A model generated the notes under the pieces. The model was not told where the DNA came from and made no database searches. It saw nothing but the letters and a program-made list of their open reading frames with translations. Both the position numbers and the translations under genes were made by a program. A DNA stretch of 64,000 nucleotides from Chiloscyllium plagiosum (Eukaryota), in the NCBI RefSeq assembly GCF_004010195.1, contig NC_057754.1, positions 3,974,223-4,038,222 of the forward strand, written 5' to 3'. Below, piece after piece: positions 1 to 33,299 of this stretch; positions within the stretch are counted from its first letter, which is position 1, and each line of letters begins with the position of its first letter.

Positions 1-890
1 CCAGTGTTATACAGCGACAGACCTGTCCCCACCAGTACTGTACCCCAGTGTTATACAGCGACAGACCTGTCCCCACCAGTACTGTACCCCAGTGTTATAC
101 AGCGACAGACCTGTCCCCACTGGTACTGCACCCCAATGTTATACAGGGACAGACCCGTCCCCACCAGTACTGTACCCCAGTGTTATACAGTGACAGACCT
201 GTCCCCACCAGTACTGTACCCCAGTGTAAAACAGTGACTGACCTGTCCCCACCAGTACTGTACCCCAGTGTTATACAGGGACTGACCTGTCCCCACCAGT
301 GCTCTACCCCAGTTTTTTTTCAGGGACTGACCTGTCCCCATCAGTACTATACCCCAGTGTTATACAGTGACAGACCTGTCCCCACTGGTACTGTACCCCA
401 GTATTATACTGGGTCAGACCTGTCCCCACCAGTACTGTACCCCGGTGTTATACAGGGACTGACCTGTCCCCACCAATGCTCTACCCCAGTGTTATTTCAG
501 GGACTGACCTGTCCCCACCAGTACTGTACCCCAGTGTTCTACAGTGACAGACCTGTCCCCACCAGTACTATACCCCAGTGTTATACAGTGACTGACCTGT
601 CCCCACCAGAACTGTACCCCAGCGTAATACAGTGACTGACCTATCCCCACCAGTGCTCTACCCCAGACCTATACAGGGACAGACCTGTCCCCACCAGTAC
701 TGGACCCCAGTATTATACAGGGACAGACCTGTCCCCACCAGTACTGTACCCCAGTATTACCCCAGTGTTATACAGGGTCAGACCTGTCCCCACCAGTACT
801 GTACCCCAGTGTTATACAGGGTCAGACCTGTCCCCACCAGTACTGTACACCAGTATTATACAGGTCAGACCTGTCCCCACCAGTACTGGT
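1..890. repeat. 44-bp minisatellite (ccagtgttatacagNgacagacctgtccccaccagtactgtacc), ~20 copies, runs off the window start
   Basis: Direct periodicity of 44 nt. Confidence 0.95.
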
Positions 891-966
891 AAAAGCTCAT
901 GTTGGGTGATTTGAGATTTCAGGTTTGGGTTATTGGCTGTGCCTGTGGCTCAGTGTGCTAATGCAC

Positions 967-1288
967 ATAGAATCCCTACAATGTGGAAAGAGGTCATTCA
1001 GCCCATCAAGTCCTTCAAAGAACATCCCTCCCAGATCCACCCCTCTGTCCAATGCCTGCAAACCTGCATTTCCCGTGGCTAATCCTGGACACTATGGGGC
1101 AATTTAGCATGACCAATCCACCCTAACCTGCACATCTTTGGACTGTGGGAGGAAACCGGAACACCCAGAGGAAACTCACGTAGACACTGGGAGAATGTGC
1201 AAACTCCACGCAGACAGTCGCCAGAGGCTGGAATTGAACCTGGGTCCCTGGCACAGTGTGGCAGCAGCGCTAACCACCATGCCACCCT
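967..1288 (-). mobile_element. HE1/V-SINE-like tRNA-derived SINE
   Basis: Reverse complement of the copy at 11919; A/B-box head and CR1-like tail. Confidence 0.85.
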
Positions 1289-1969
1289 AGAACATCTGTC
1301 AATATTCTGGCAGAAAACCTTCGCATCTTGTGACATGCAATCCTTCTTAAATATTGCTGATGTGTTTTAGCAGCATGACAGCTGGGAAGCAGTTGGGATC
1401 TCCCGTTTGCCGTGTTACAGTCCTGCTGAGTGTAAACATAAGAACTCCTTTACTTTGCCCACTGTGGGGTTTACTTTGAAAGGCAGGAGCCAGCTGTGCT
1501 TTCACTGATGCCTCGACTAACCACACCCTCAGCGTTATCAATCCTCCACCACCCTGCAGATCTTCCACGTTACAGACTCCTTCAGGCCCTGTGGTAATGT
1601 TCAAGATAGTTAAACCCGAAACATTTCCACTGAAACTCGGCTGGGTGTGTTCAATTGAGGCATTCAAAAGGGCACTGGATGTTTATTTGGATAGAAATGG
1701 TGTGCTGAGATATGGGGGTGGGGTAGATTTATACGAGGTGATAGAACTGGTGCTGACGTGATGGGCCAAATATGCACCAAGAACTGCAGTAACATTTCAC
1801 TGCCACTGGGTGGGGCCCCAAGCTAGGTCTGGCTCATTGAACCAGTATCTCAAGTGGCTTCTCGCCTCCCATTCACTGGCAGCCTGCCATTTTAACACTT
1901 TGGCCCCTGAGACACAGGGAGCAACTGTTCTACCCTCAACTCAATAGCACACAAGCCATCTGAGACAAA

Positions 1970-2250
1970 GTGGTGACATCGCCACTGCTGCAGTAATCCA
2001 GAGGTTCTGGGGACTCGGGTTCGAGTCCCACCAGGGAAGATAGTGTAATTCGAATTTGCAAACAGAACTCAAGTTAAAAGCTGTCCATTGATGTCAATTG
2101 TCACAAAACCTCATCTGGTTCACCCAATGCCTTTTCAAGGAGAGAAATCTGCCATCCTTACCCAGTCTGACCTACATATGGCTCCAGGCTCTCAGTGGTG
2201 TGATTGACACTTAACTCCCTTTGGAAATGGCCAGCCAGCCATTCTGATGT
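1970..2250 (+). mobile_element. Second tRNA-derived SINE family, degraded
   Basis: ggttcgagtccc B-box and core gaaatctgccatccttacc shared with the 3790, 8800, 21075, 36140 and 63218 copies. Confidence 0.7.
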
Positions 2251-2989
2251 ATCATAGGATGACTACCAACAAGGACCAGGCCATTCAGCCCTTGTAGCCT
2301 GCTCTGCCATTTGCATGTGGCCATGGCTGATCTCATCTGTGCCCTCAACTCTACTTTCCTGCCCGATCCCCATAACCCTTCAACCTATTACTAAAGGATG
2401 AAAAAGAAACTGTCTATCTCCTCCTCAAACTGGCTGAATGTCCCAGCGTCCACTGCACTCTGGGGTAGTGAATGCCACAGATCAAACTACTGAAAAGTCA
2501 AAAGAAGGCAATGAAACTGTCTGGGCCGCCCTGCATCAACATTGGAAACCACAAACATTGCAAAGCCCTCTTTATTAATATCACGGGGGCAAATGTTGTA
2601 ATTGGGAAAGCTGTCTCACAGAGTAGTCACGAAACAACTGGATGTAATCTTGGAATCTTACTTTACACACACTGTCCCGGACAGTAAAGTCACCTTCCCT
2701 GTGTTTAATCGTCCCAGGAGAAATGGCGGCGCTCTCAAGGGAGCTCCTCTGGGATTTCCCAGCATTGACTCCAGAGCCTGTCAGCTCTTAGGGCATCAGG
2801 TCAAACAGGGGCAAGGAAATATACTGCTTACCTCATAAACCCCAGACCCCCCTCCCTCGAAGAAAAGCTGATGAATCGGGACTCCTCTGTGTTGAATTTG
2901 ACTTGGAGGGAACACTGCAGGTAGTAAGAGGAATGGAACAACTCATCAGTGCTATCAAGCAGCAATATGTTGCTCACTGGCACTCAGTT

Positions 2990-3720
2990 CCATTACGCCA
3001 GGGCCACTTTGCTCCTGATTTTGGTTCAAACATGGACCAAAGAGCTGAATTCCAGAGGTGATGTCAGAGTGACAGCTCTTGATATCAAGGGCACTTCTGA
3101 CTGTGTAGCACTAGCAAAACCAGAGTCAGTGGGAATCACGAGGCGGGGGGATCTCTGATATTTGGAGTCGTACTTGGCACAAAGGAAGATGGTTGGCGGT
3201 CAGTCATCCCAGCTGCAAAACATCTCAGCAGGAGTTCCTCAGGGTAGTGTCCTAGACCCAGCCATCTTCAGCTGCTTCATTCATGGCTTTCCGTCCATCA
3301 TGAGGTCAGAAGTGGGGGGTTTTCATCAGTAACCATTTGGGATTCCTCCGATTCTGAAGCAGTCCATGTCCATGGACAATATCCAGGCTTGGGCTGACAG
3401 CAGGCAAGTGCCATTCGTGTTACACATACCAGGCAATGACCATCTTCAAAAAGTAATTTCTCATTGACTTCCAAAGTCACTCCATCGCTGAATCCCCCAC
3501 TATCTACATCCTGGGAGTTGCCATTGACCTAGAAACTGGACTGATACAGCCAAAATGACTGGATGTAAATTTATTAGTGAGAGTGAGACCGAGAGCTTGG
3601 AAAACTGCCTGGACTGTAGCAGTTCACGAAGACAGCTCAGTACCATGTCTGAAGGACATTTCAGGATAGTCCATACATGCCAGCCCAACCAGCATCATCC
3701 GTAATCCTCTAAATGAAGAC
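2990..3720 (+). mobile_element. Degraded CR1/L2-group LINE 3' fragment
   Basis: RT remnant VTALDIKG; gttcctcagggtagtgtcctag (VPQGSVL); tail resembles that of the second SINE family. Confidence 0.75.
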
Positions 3721-3789
3721 AATTTCACACAAACCATGCAGCATCACACCCACAACACAGTGCCTCTGACAGTGCTGCACTCTATTAAC

Positions 3790-4120
3790 AGGGGGAGCAA
3801 CGGTCTAGTGGCGTTAATGCTGGCCTGTTAATCCAGAGACCCAGGTAACGTCCTGGGGACCTGGGTTCAAATCCCACCATGGCAGACGGTGGAATTTGAA
3901 TTCAATAAACTTATGGAATTCAGAATCTAACGATGACCATGAATCAATTGCCCTTTCGGAAAGGAGACTGCTGTCCTTACCCGCTCTGGCCTGCATGTGA
4001 CTCCAGACCCACAGCAATATGGTTGACTCTTAAACTGCCCTCTGGCTAATTAGGGATGGGCAATAAATGATGGGCTAGCCAGCGACGTTATCATCCCATG
4101 AATGAACATTTTTTTTAAAA
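3790..4120 (+). mobile_element. Second SINE family copy
   Basis: Head ggtctagtgg...gggttcaaatccc; tail gggatgggcaataaatg. Confidence 0.8.
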
Positions 4121-4171
4121 AATTCCCCAGGCTGTGGGCTCAAGGCTCCCGATCTGAGCTCAAACCCGTGA

Positions 4172-24930
<20,759 letters not shown>

Positions 24931-26469
24931 CTGAGGAAGCACCGTTGAGGTGTGGTAGACCCTCTGGTTTATGTGCTCTCTCTCTCTCTCTCTTGCTTTC
25001 TCTCTCTGTCCATCTCACATATCTTCCTGTGTGTGGCACTTGCGAGCAGTCTTTAAAGATGATATGGTGCTTGGGAGGGTGGCAGGGGAACAGGTTGAGG
25101 AGTGTCTTACTGATGGCTGACGAGGCGGCCAGCTCTAGCTCAAGGGATGACGCTCACGTCCAGACATCCAAGTTCCGGAAGAGTCCTGAAGAGTTTGGCC
25201 AGCTCGAGGTGTGCCCTACATCTCTTGCAATCCAACCACTGAGTGGATCTAATAGCCTCGTGCCCAAGATGTGTTGAGCCCAGCAAGGTTCAAGGTGGAA
25301 CAGCCTGAGTTAGGTCGAAGTGGGCATTCTATGTTTCCTTCCTTTATTTCACCGTTTTTATTAAAGAGACCTTTTAAACTCTCCCTCCCTCCCTCCCTCC
25401 CTGGGATTGTCAGTCAGTTAGCACACTCACAGCAGGCCAAGGGTCCCATACAACTGGGCTGCGATGTGTGGTTTCAACAGACTGTTGGCAATGTGGGGCA
25501 GTTGCTGTTTTAATGCCAGCTGTGACGGTCTAACGCTTTCTCTGGTGGTCTCCTGCACTATCTTCTTCCACCTGAAGGCTGACAGAATCTCCTCGAAGCT
25601 ATAACACCATGTGAGATGACCGGCCGCAAGTCTTTGGGACAGTTCTTCCCAACCCTTCAGACTAAGCACAATCCTATAGACACTAGCTCTCTTACAGTTG
25701 CGAATCCACTTGGACCAGGAGCTTTGTAGAAAACTTGCAGGAGACCTTTATCCCTCAGATAGTGTGGAACTGGAGTCGAGGGTTGGTCATTCTTTTTGCC
25801 ACAGATTAAAATCTAACCAGATCCCTTCATGTTTCCTTTCTCTCTGTCGCAGCTTGTTGGCATGGCCAAGGTGGCTGGCCTTTAACGTTAGCGGATGTGT
25901 CACCATATTGGTGTGTCCTGGTGGGGGATGGTCTGAGCTCCATGCAAAGGAGAGGCCAGAGTCCCCCCCCCCCCCCCCCCCATTTCTGGGGAGGGGAAAA
26001 GGGTTAGTTCATGACCGATTGAAAGTTCCTTGTCAATAATTCTGGTTTGCTGGCACTGTGGAGGGTCAAACCCAGAGGTGGGGAATGGGGGTGTGGTCCC
26101 AGGGTTTTGGGCCCTATCTCTCATCTGTCAACGTGCTGCGTGGGTGAATATCTCCTGTGGTTAACGATCTCTTGGAGTAGCAAGCACACTGTTGCTGAGT
26201 TTATAAGGGTCTGCCAGGCACTCTGTTGGGTTCTTACTTTGTGCCAGTTTTGCTTGTGTGAGTGTGTGATATATGCCCGTGCCCTCGCACATCACAATTG
26301 TGCCCATGACTACCCCTGCCTGTAACTGTAGCCCAGGTGAGGAGAGCAATGGTGCTGAATCCAAGTCCCTCCAGCTGATCAAGAGTAGACCAGACTTCTC
26401 AAATATTTACCCATTTTGAATCTAAAAAAATTGTCCTGACCCCTTGCAGCAAACTAAGAAGCCTGGGGG

Positions 26470-26960
26470 GTGGGAATGGAGCAAGTGACCTGTGAGAGTG
26501 GGGGCAGGCGGCTGGGGGAGAGGAGCAGGTGACCTGTGGTGGGGGCTGGCTGCCGGGAGNNNNNNNNNNNNNNNNNNNNNNNNNNNNNNNNNNNNNNNNN
26601 NNNNNNNNNNNNNNNNNNNNNNNNNNNNNNNNNNNNNNNNNNNNNNNNNNNNNNNNNNNNNNNNNNNNNNNNNNNNNNNNNNNNNNNNNNNNNNNNNNNN
26701 NNNNNNNNNNNNNNNNNNNNAGGTGGCCGGGGAGGGGGAGTGAGGGGGGAGTGGAGCAGGTGACCTGTGAGAGTTGGGTAGGTGGCCGGGGAGGGGGAGT
26801 GAGGGGGGAGTGGAGCAGGTGACCTGTGAGAGTGGGGGCAGGTGGCCGGGGAGGGGGAGTGAGGGGGGAGTGGAGCAGGTGACCTGTGAGAGTTGGGTAG
26901 GTGGCCGGGGAGGGGGAGTGAGGGGGGAGTGGAGCAGGTGACCTGTGAGAGTGGGGCAGG
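26470..26960 (+). repeat. G-rich 59/60-bp tandem repeat spanning a 161-N gap (26560-26720)
   Basis: aggtggccgggg recurs at 26721, 26780, 26840 and 26899. Confidence 0.9.
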
Positions 26961-27993
26961 CAATCTGGTTGGGTGGTCCTGGGCCCGTTGCCCCTCTGAC
27001 CAAACTCTGGAAAGCCTATGAAATTAAACCTGTAACCACCTTCATCAAGCCTGGGGACCTACCTGACCGCTTGAAGATCCAACCTCTCCCTCTTGTTGGA
27101 TCTGTGATGTTCTGCATCTTCTCCTATCGGTCCAATAGTCTTTGGGATACCTGGCATGACTGAAGAGGCCAGCATTGGCTGCTGGTCCGGAGGTGACGGG
27201 AGTGCATTTTGTCTAAAGGGACTTGCTGCCCAGTTGTGTCTCAGAAGTGTTGGTTCATAGCTCATGTGCAGTGTGAGAGGGGGGGTGTGGAAGGAGCCCA
27301 GAGGGAGCCTGCTGTTTAAGGGCCACCACTTACCAACCACACGTGACAGTCTCACTTGCTGTGAATCTTGCACCTTAGCCAACGTTTTAGTTGGGGACTT
27401 ACGATGGACATTTGATTGAGTATTTTGTTTTAAAGATTGCTTTCTTATCAAGCGCAACTTCAGCAGAAGGGGGTTTGGGTTTTTTTTTGAGTTTTAAAAA
27501 AAAGACGTTAATTTCTGAAAGCATTTGGTTTATGATTACATCGGAATTGTCGTCAGCTGTTGTTAGTGATCGCACTTTGCGCTGGCGTCTGAGTCCAGGT
27601 CAGTGGCTCCCTTGTAGTGAAAACCTCAGTAAATTGATGGAGGTTTGATCACTGTGAAGGGTGGTGACGGGATGGGGGTTTTCGGTGTTTCATCGTTTTA
27701 ACAGATTTGACTTTGTATGTATTAGGGATCCCAGCTGAGTGTACCTTGTACAGTAGGCGGCTTTCATTCTTGAAGGTTGACAAACTGGAATCTTAAAAGG
27801 GAATGCAAGTCCCTCAGGGGAGTTCTCTACCCTTTTTACCTTTTCTCTTCCACATTAACTAGATGGATGAAAAGTTCTTGTGCAGGGCTATGCATTCCTG
27901 TCCACACCTCCTGGGTCATTTCTTTTTTAAACAGTCTTCTACCATCCCACTAAAACTTGCATCCAAACTTCCCAGGCACTTTTTTTCTAAGAC

Positions 27994-28192
27994 AAAAAAT
28001 CACCCAACACCAGGTTATAGTCCAACAGGTTTAATTGGAAGCACACTAGCTTTTGGAGCTTCGCTCCTTCATCACGTGGTTGTCAACCTGATGAAGGAGC
28101 AGCGCTCTGAAAGCTAGTGTGCTTCCAATTAAACCTGTTGGGCTATAACCTGGTGTTGGGTGATTTTTAACTTTATCCACCTCTCCAAATCA
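27994..28192. mobile_element. Palindromic Penelope pLTR-derived insertion (family B) in the probable 3'UTR
   Basis: ~85-bp inverted arms; CTGATGA-A-GGAGC-agc-GCTCT-GAAA-GCTA at 28088-28116. Confidence 0.85.
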
Positions 28193-29662
28193 TTTTTCTT
28201 GTCAGCTGTAACAGTGCAGTTCTGGGTGTTAGCCACAAAGTGGCTCTGCAGAGTAAATTTCAGAAGGCTCTTCCACAGCCCTGTATCCAGCCGGTGTGTA
28301 CAGAAAAATTTACTTCTGAGTGCCCCGTGACCATTTATCAGTGTTTTGAAAACACAGGCACAGTTGAAAGCAACTTCAGCATCACAATTCGAAAGATTCT
28401 CCCAAACCCTGTGTTCATGGATGGTCTCACTGCCAAGCTCCTCAGTGATGGGATCAGTCAAAACTGTCCTTAAAATCCAACTGATTCTTAAGCATTTTAA
28501 CAACTGGGAAGATGAAGAGCAGATTGCTTCTGCCTCTTTTTATGTTTGATTTCTCCTTCTTCCTGTCTGCTTATCTAACAGTGACACGGAATAATGTGGT
28601 ATCCATTGAGCCACTGTGCTTCTACTTTTCACAAAAGCTAGAGGGTTGATCACGCTCTCTGCTATTCCTTATAGCCCTGCTAATTTCCTCCCATAAACTG
28701 AACTCTGTGTGCGGAGTTCTCCAGAGTTAATTTCCATCCTCATGCAGAATCCCAACCAGAAGAAGGTGTCGGGGAATACGCAGTCAGGTCGTCTTCCCCT
28801 AAAGGGTCAGCAGCTGGCCAGGACTTGTCCTTCCTACATTGCAGTTGATCTGCCCCACTGCCTGTTTGTCGATGGCAGTTCTGTTCTGACGTAGGTCCCC
28901 CTGCAGCCACATGTCCTTCCATTTGGGAGAGATGTAGGTATTTTTCAGGGTGCGCCCCTCCCCACCACTCAGGATAAGATGTAGCATGGGAGCTGCTGGG
29001 ACGTGGTCACGTACATCCATTGAGAAACCTCAAGAGGCCCTTTGAGCACTCCGCAGGCCAGAAAGGATAAATCACTTAGTAATGCCACCTCCTTATCAGC
29101 AGACAGCTGCTTTATAGGGCAGGACTTCGTGCTGGAAATGGCAGCCGTGCCTTTATCAGGCGAGTGCACAGGGCTTCTGAGGTCGTCACTGGGTGACCTT
29201 GCCCTCCTCGCTGACCTTCCCTGGCAACCATTTCCCAGCAAAAGCACCCACTGCTTTAAACACTACCCTCGGGGCACTGTCACTAGATAGCAGCGGGTGT
29301 TGGGGCATGGGTGGCACTTGGCTCCAGGTGCAACTGATCGTTCACTCCTTCAGTTGGAGCTGCCCAGAGAGGGGCTGTTCTTGTCATCCCTCCTTGCCCT
29401 TGCAGGAGGGGAACACTCGAGTCCGTGGGGCTGGGGAGGGAAGCCTGCTGTTGGGCGTCTCAATGTCTTGGGGCAGGTATTCCATTCAGATCCAGACAAT
29501 CTTTTTTTTCCACAATCTATGTATATGCTATGGGGCTGGGTTTGACCCCTCTGCCTGATCTTGATGCAGAATTCTGCTTTATTTATGTTTCTATTCTGAG
29601 GTGAAGAATTTGTTCTGCCTCCTTTTCTGTTGATTTGTAGAAAATGAAGTTTGACAATTTTC

Positions 29663-29835
29663 TGTACATATCTTTGAAAGAAAAAAATATTGTCCTGTAA
29701 ACTTTGAAATGACAACTTGTTTTATACGGTATCGTAAGGAGAGCTTGTACAATATGAAGCATTGTTCACAGTACTGTAATAAAAGTTGATTTATAAATTT
29801 TAAAAATGTTCTCCACTACTCTTGTTTTTGTACTT
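29663..29835 (+). terminator. Polyadenylation region: AATAAA 29778-29783, upstream TGTA motifs, downstream GT/T-rich element
   Basis: TGTACATA 29663-29670 (Pumilio-type element), several TGTA, AATAAA, then cttgtttttgtactt. Confidence 0.7.
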
Positions 29836-30169
29836 CAAGCTTTGAGGATCTGTGGGCCCTTTTTTAAACTCAAAGTAAAGCTCTATGAGCACTGTCCCAT
29901 CAGACACTCTCAGCACAGGGTTCGATACAGGGCAGATACTGACGAGGAAGCCCCTGTGTCTGAGAGATAGAACTTGTGGGCTTTGTGGGTCACCCCACAG
30001 CACATGGACTGCAGCACTTCAAGAAGGCAGCTCACCACCACCTTCCCAAGGGGGCTACTAGGAGAGGGCAATAAATGCTGTCAGGTAGAGACACCCACTT
30101 CCCACAAGTGAATAAAAGAAAAACCAATTAAAAGCAAGGAATTCTCCAATTTAACACTTTTTAAAAATG

Positions 30170-30460
30170 ATACAGGAGCAAATTACTGCAGATACTGGAA
30201 TCTACTGAAAACAAAAACAAATGCTGGTGATCACTGTAGGTCAGGCAACATCCATGGGGAGAGAGCAAGCTAACATTTTGAGTCTAGTTGACTCTTCAGA
30301 ACGGACGTGGAGGGGGCAGCATTATGCAATAGGTGGGGGGAGTGGGAAACGAAAGGTGCAGATTAAGTGATTGGAATATGAGAATGGCAGAACGGCAGTG
30401 TGTCTTACTGCCAGACTGGAAAGAACAGAGAGTCCCACTGGGGTGGGAGGCGGGGAGAGT
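30170..30460 (-). mobile_element. Degraded Penelope pLTR-like fragment
   Basis: actgcagatactggaatc...ggtcaggcaacatcc resembles the family A terminus. Confidence 0.55.
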
Positions 30461-31824
30461 TTTTTAAAAATGTTGGTTGTTAGTCTGTTGAATTCTCTTT
30501 GCTAAAGAGCATTAGAGACAGGATCATTAAATAAGGAGATTCTTGATTGGCATGGGGTTAAAAGGACAATTGGGGTGGGTAGGAAAGTGAAATTGAAGCC
30601 ACAATCTTACTGAATGAGGAGCTAAATGGCCTCCACCTGCTACTGTATTCCTACATGGAGTAAATCTCCATCAACGCTACTGTAATGCTAGTCTCTGGTA
30701 ATTGTACGCATTCTTGCTTTCCGCATTCACCATTCTGTGGGGTCGAGAGTGAACTGTCCATTCGTATTAACAGACATTTGGAGGCCATTCATGCTGTGGG
30801 CCCTGCTCTGACACTAGATGACGGCTGACCTGTGACTTCACTCCAGAACTTTGGCGCCATGCTATTCAAACCTCTTCCCAAACAAATGCTGGTTTCCAAG
30901 TACACGCTGAGGTTTCAGGTCACAGGGGTCCTGATGAAGTGTCGAACCTTGGGGAGCCTATAATGGCATTTTCTATCCTTCTTGGGCCTGTATTGCTGAA
31001 TTGCTGGTTGTCTCCACTGCTAATGAAGTTTCTGAGCAGGTTAAGCCAAGGAATGAGGGGTATTTGTAACGTGGGAAGTTGCAGGTACACACTCGGGTAG
31101 CTGTGTGTGAGCATCTGCACTCTCCACAATCACGTGGGCATTTTCAATTTCTCAACCTTTTATCCTCTTCCCTTAGATTTTTGGCTGCAGTTCAGTAGGT
31201 AGCAGTCAGTCAGACGATGATAGATTAGGGCCCCAGCCAAAATGATGGACATCACCTACACTGACCTTTCCAGTGGCAGTACTGAGATTGCACAGCACCA
31301 GCAGAGTTAGCATTTTTGAAATGCCAAATCAAAGGCCTGACTTCCCTCCCTTGGTTGTAAATAATCTAGGGGCCATGCCTGAAAGGAGGCCAGACTTTCT
31401 CTCGCCAGTGCTTGAGGGCGAATATCTATCCCTGCAAACACATGATCTGAGTTTCTTATCCCTTTGCGACCTGTCAACCACTTCCTTCGCACTGATCCTC
31501 TGACAGGACACTTCACAGGAATATGGACTTACAATACTGAGCCACGATTTTTTAAAAACTCCAGGTCAAAGAGGAAGTTTTAATGAGTATCTTAAAGGAG
31601 AAGAGTGGGATGGTGAGGTGAAGGGAGGGAATTCTAGGTACCGGGATCAAGGCAGCTGGAACAGAGCTGAGAGCCAGAGTGGAGCGGGAACGCAAGTTGC
31701 TCTGGGGTCCGGCGCAGGTACTCACCAGCTTGAGTCCAGTCTGACCACATGCGGAAGCCCCTGCACTGATCCTCAATGTACTGTCTATCGATTTATCTGG
31801 CTGTAACGTACATCCTTTTAACTA

Positions 31825-32026
31825 GGAGAAAGTGAGGACTGTAGGTGCTGGAGATCAGAGTCAAAAAGTGTGGCGCTGGAAAAGCACAGCCAGTCAGGCA
31901 GCATCAGAGAAGCAGGTGTGTCAACATTTCGGGCAAAAGCCCTTCGGGCCCGTTCCTGAAACATTGACTCTCCTGCTCCTCGGATGTTGCCTGACTTGCT
32001 GTGCTTTTCCAGCGCAACACTTTTTA
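31825..32026. mobile_element. Palindromic Penelope pLTR-derived insertion (family A)
   Basis: Inverted arms; TSD atcctWttaacta at 31812-31824 and 32027-32039. Confidence 0.85.
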
Positions 32027-33034
32027 ATCCTATTAACTATGTTGTATTTCTAACTTATAATATGAATCACGATGGTAATGCCAACTTTTTATTCTTCTTT
32101 TTGTATCCAAGATTTGTACTTTGTACCTAAGTTGGTGCCATGTGAGGTGACATTGAACACCTTTCACTGTCTTTCTGTACTTGAGTACATGTGACAATAA
32201 AACACAACTCTTACATTGGAACAGTCAGAATTGGGAAGGCACAAGCAGCCAGAATTAGAACACAGAGATCTTGAAGGGCTGAGAGACTGGAGGTTAAGAG
32301 TGTGTATCTGTGGTGCTTGTCTGCATTTGGATGTGTGCAGATTGTCTGTATATGTTTGCATGCACATGTGTGTGTGGATGCAACCAGCATTCGTTGTCCT
32401 AGGATGTGCGGCAAAGTTTGAGCCTGAGTGGATTTGGACACATTTCATAGACTCCACTGAGACCAATTCACTTCAATAAGATTAATGTTTAAAATTGCAA
32501 ATTAAATGCTTTGAACGGGAGCCACAATCATTTGCAGCATCTCTGAGTCTTTTGCTTAGGCTTGAAGATCAGTTCCTTCAAGGAACGGCTGTATATGGCT
32601 TCATTCCCTAATACTGGTCTCTTTCCTTAACTCTCATTTGGTTCATGTAACCGATGTAGCAGCAGCTTGCAGAGAATGGTTTTCAAACAGAAGCAGCTCA
32701 GATGCCTCTCACTTTGCTGGTTAAATCAGCTGGGCCTGAAGACGTGACACACACTAGAGATCTGAGCACAGGAACAGCCAGGTTAGCACTCGCAAAGCTG
32801 TTCTGTTGGAATGCTGCACTATCACAGGAGAGCTCGGAGAAAAGGAAAATAAAGGCACCTTCTGCTCTTTGCGGTGGATAGGATAGAGCTGATATTCTGA
32901 AAAGGTGCAGGGGAGACACACAAACATGACACGTCACATGCTCTGACACATACAATCAACAGCATCTGCATTTGACTTTAACTCATTTGGAACACAAATT
33001 GTTTTTTTGAATAAATTGGCACTGCCTCAATGTT

Positions 33035-33162
33035 CCTGATGAAGGGCTTGTGCCTGAAATGTCGACTCTCCTGCACCTCGGATGCTGCCTGACCTGCTGT
33101 GCTTTTCCAGCACCGCACTTTTTGACTCTGATCTCCAATATCTGCAGTCCTCATCTTCTCGC
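33035..33162 (+). mobile_element. Single-arm Penelope pLTR fragment (family A)
   Basis: Starts cctgatgaagggcttgtgcctgaaat; TSD tgYctcaatgtt at 33023-33034 and 33163-33174. Confidence 0.85.
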
Positions 33163-33299
33163 TGTCTCAATGTTGTACACCCTGGTAACTGACAATTTCC
33201 AAAGTGGTAAGACCTGGTGATAAGCAGGTCTGAGGCTCTGACTCATATTGCCCCAGAAACTAGAGAGAAACTACAGTAAGGTACTCCACCTACACTTCA

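Larger units (their letters stand above)
24931..29805 (+). other. PCNX3: Probable long pcnx3 3'UTR
   Basis: Mostly non-repetitive, U-rich stretch up to a well-formed poly(A) context. Earlier ATTAAA variants exist, so the end is inferred. Confidence 0.6.

Noticed and set aside
4..892. Repetitive ORFs (up to 195 aa)
   Set aside because: Translations of the 44-bp minisatellite in several frames; intronic to pcnx3.
28240..29290. Short ORFs in the 3'UTR region, including one starting MEGHV reminiscent of the PCNX1 C-terminus
   Set aside because: Wrong strand, five-residue match only, no splice support.
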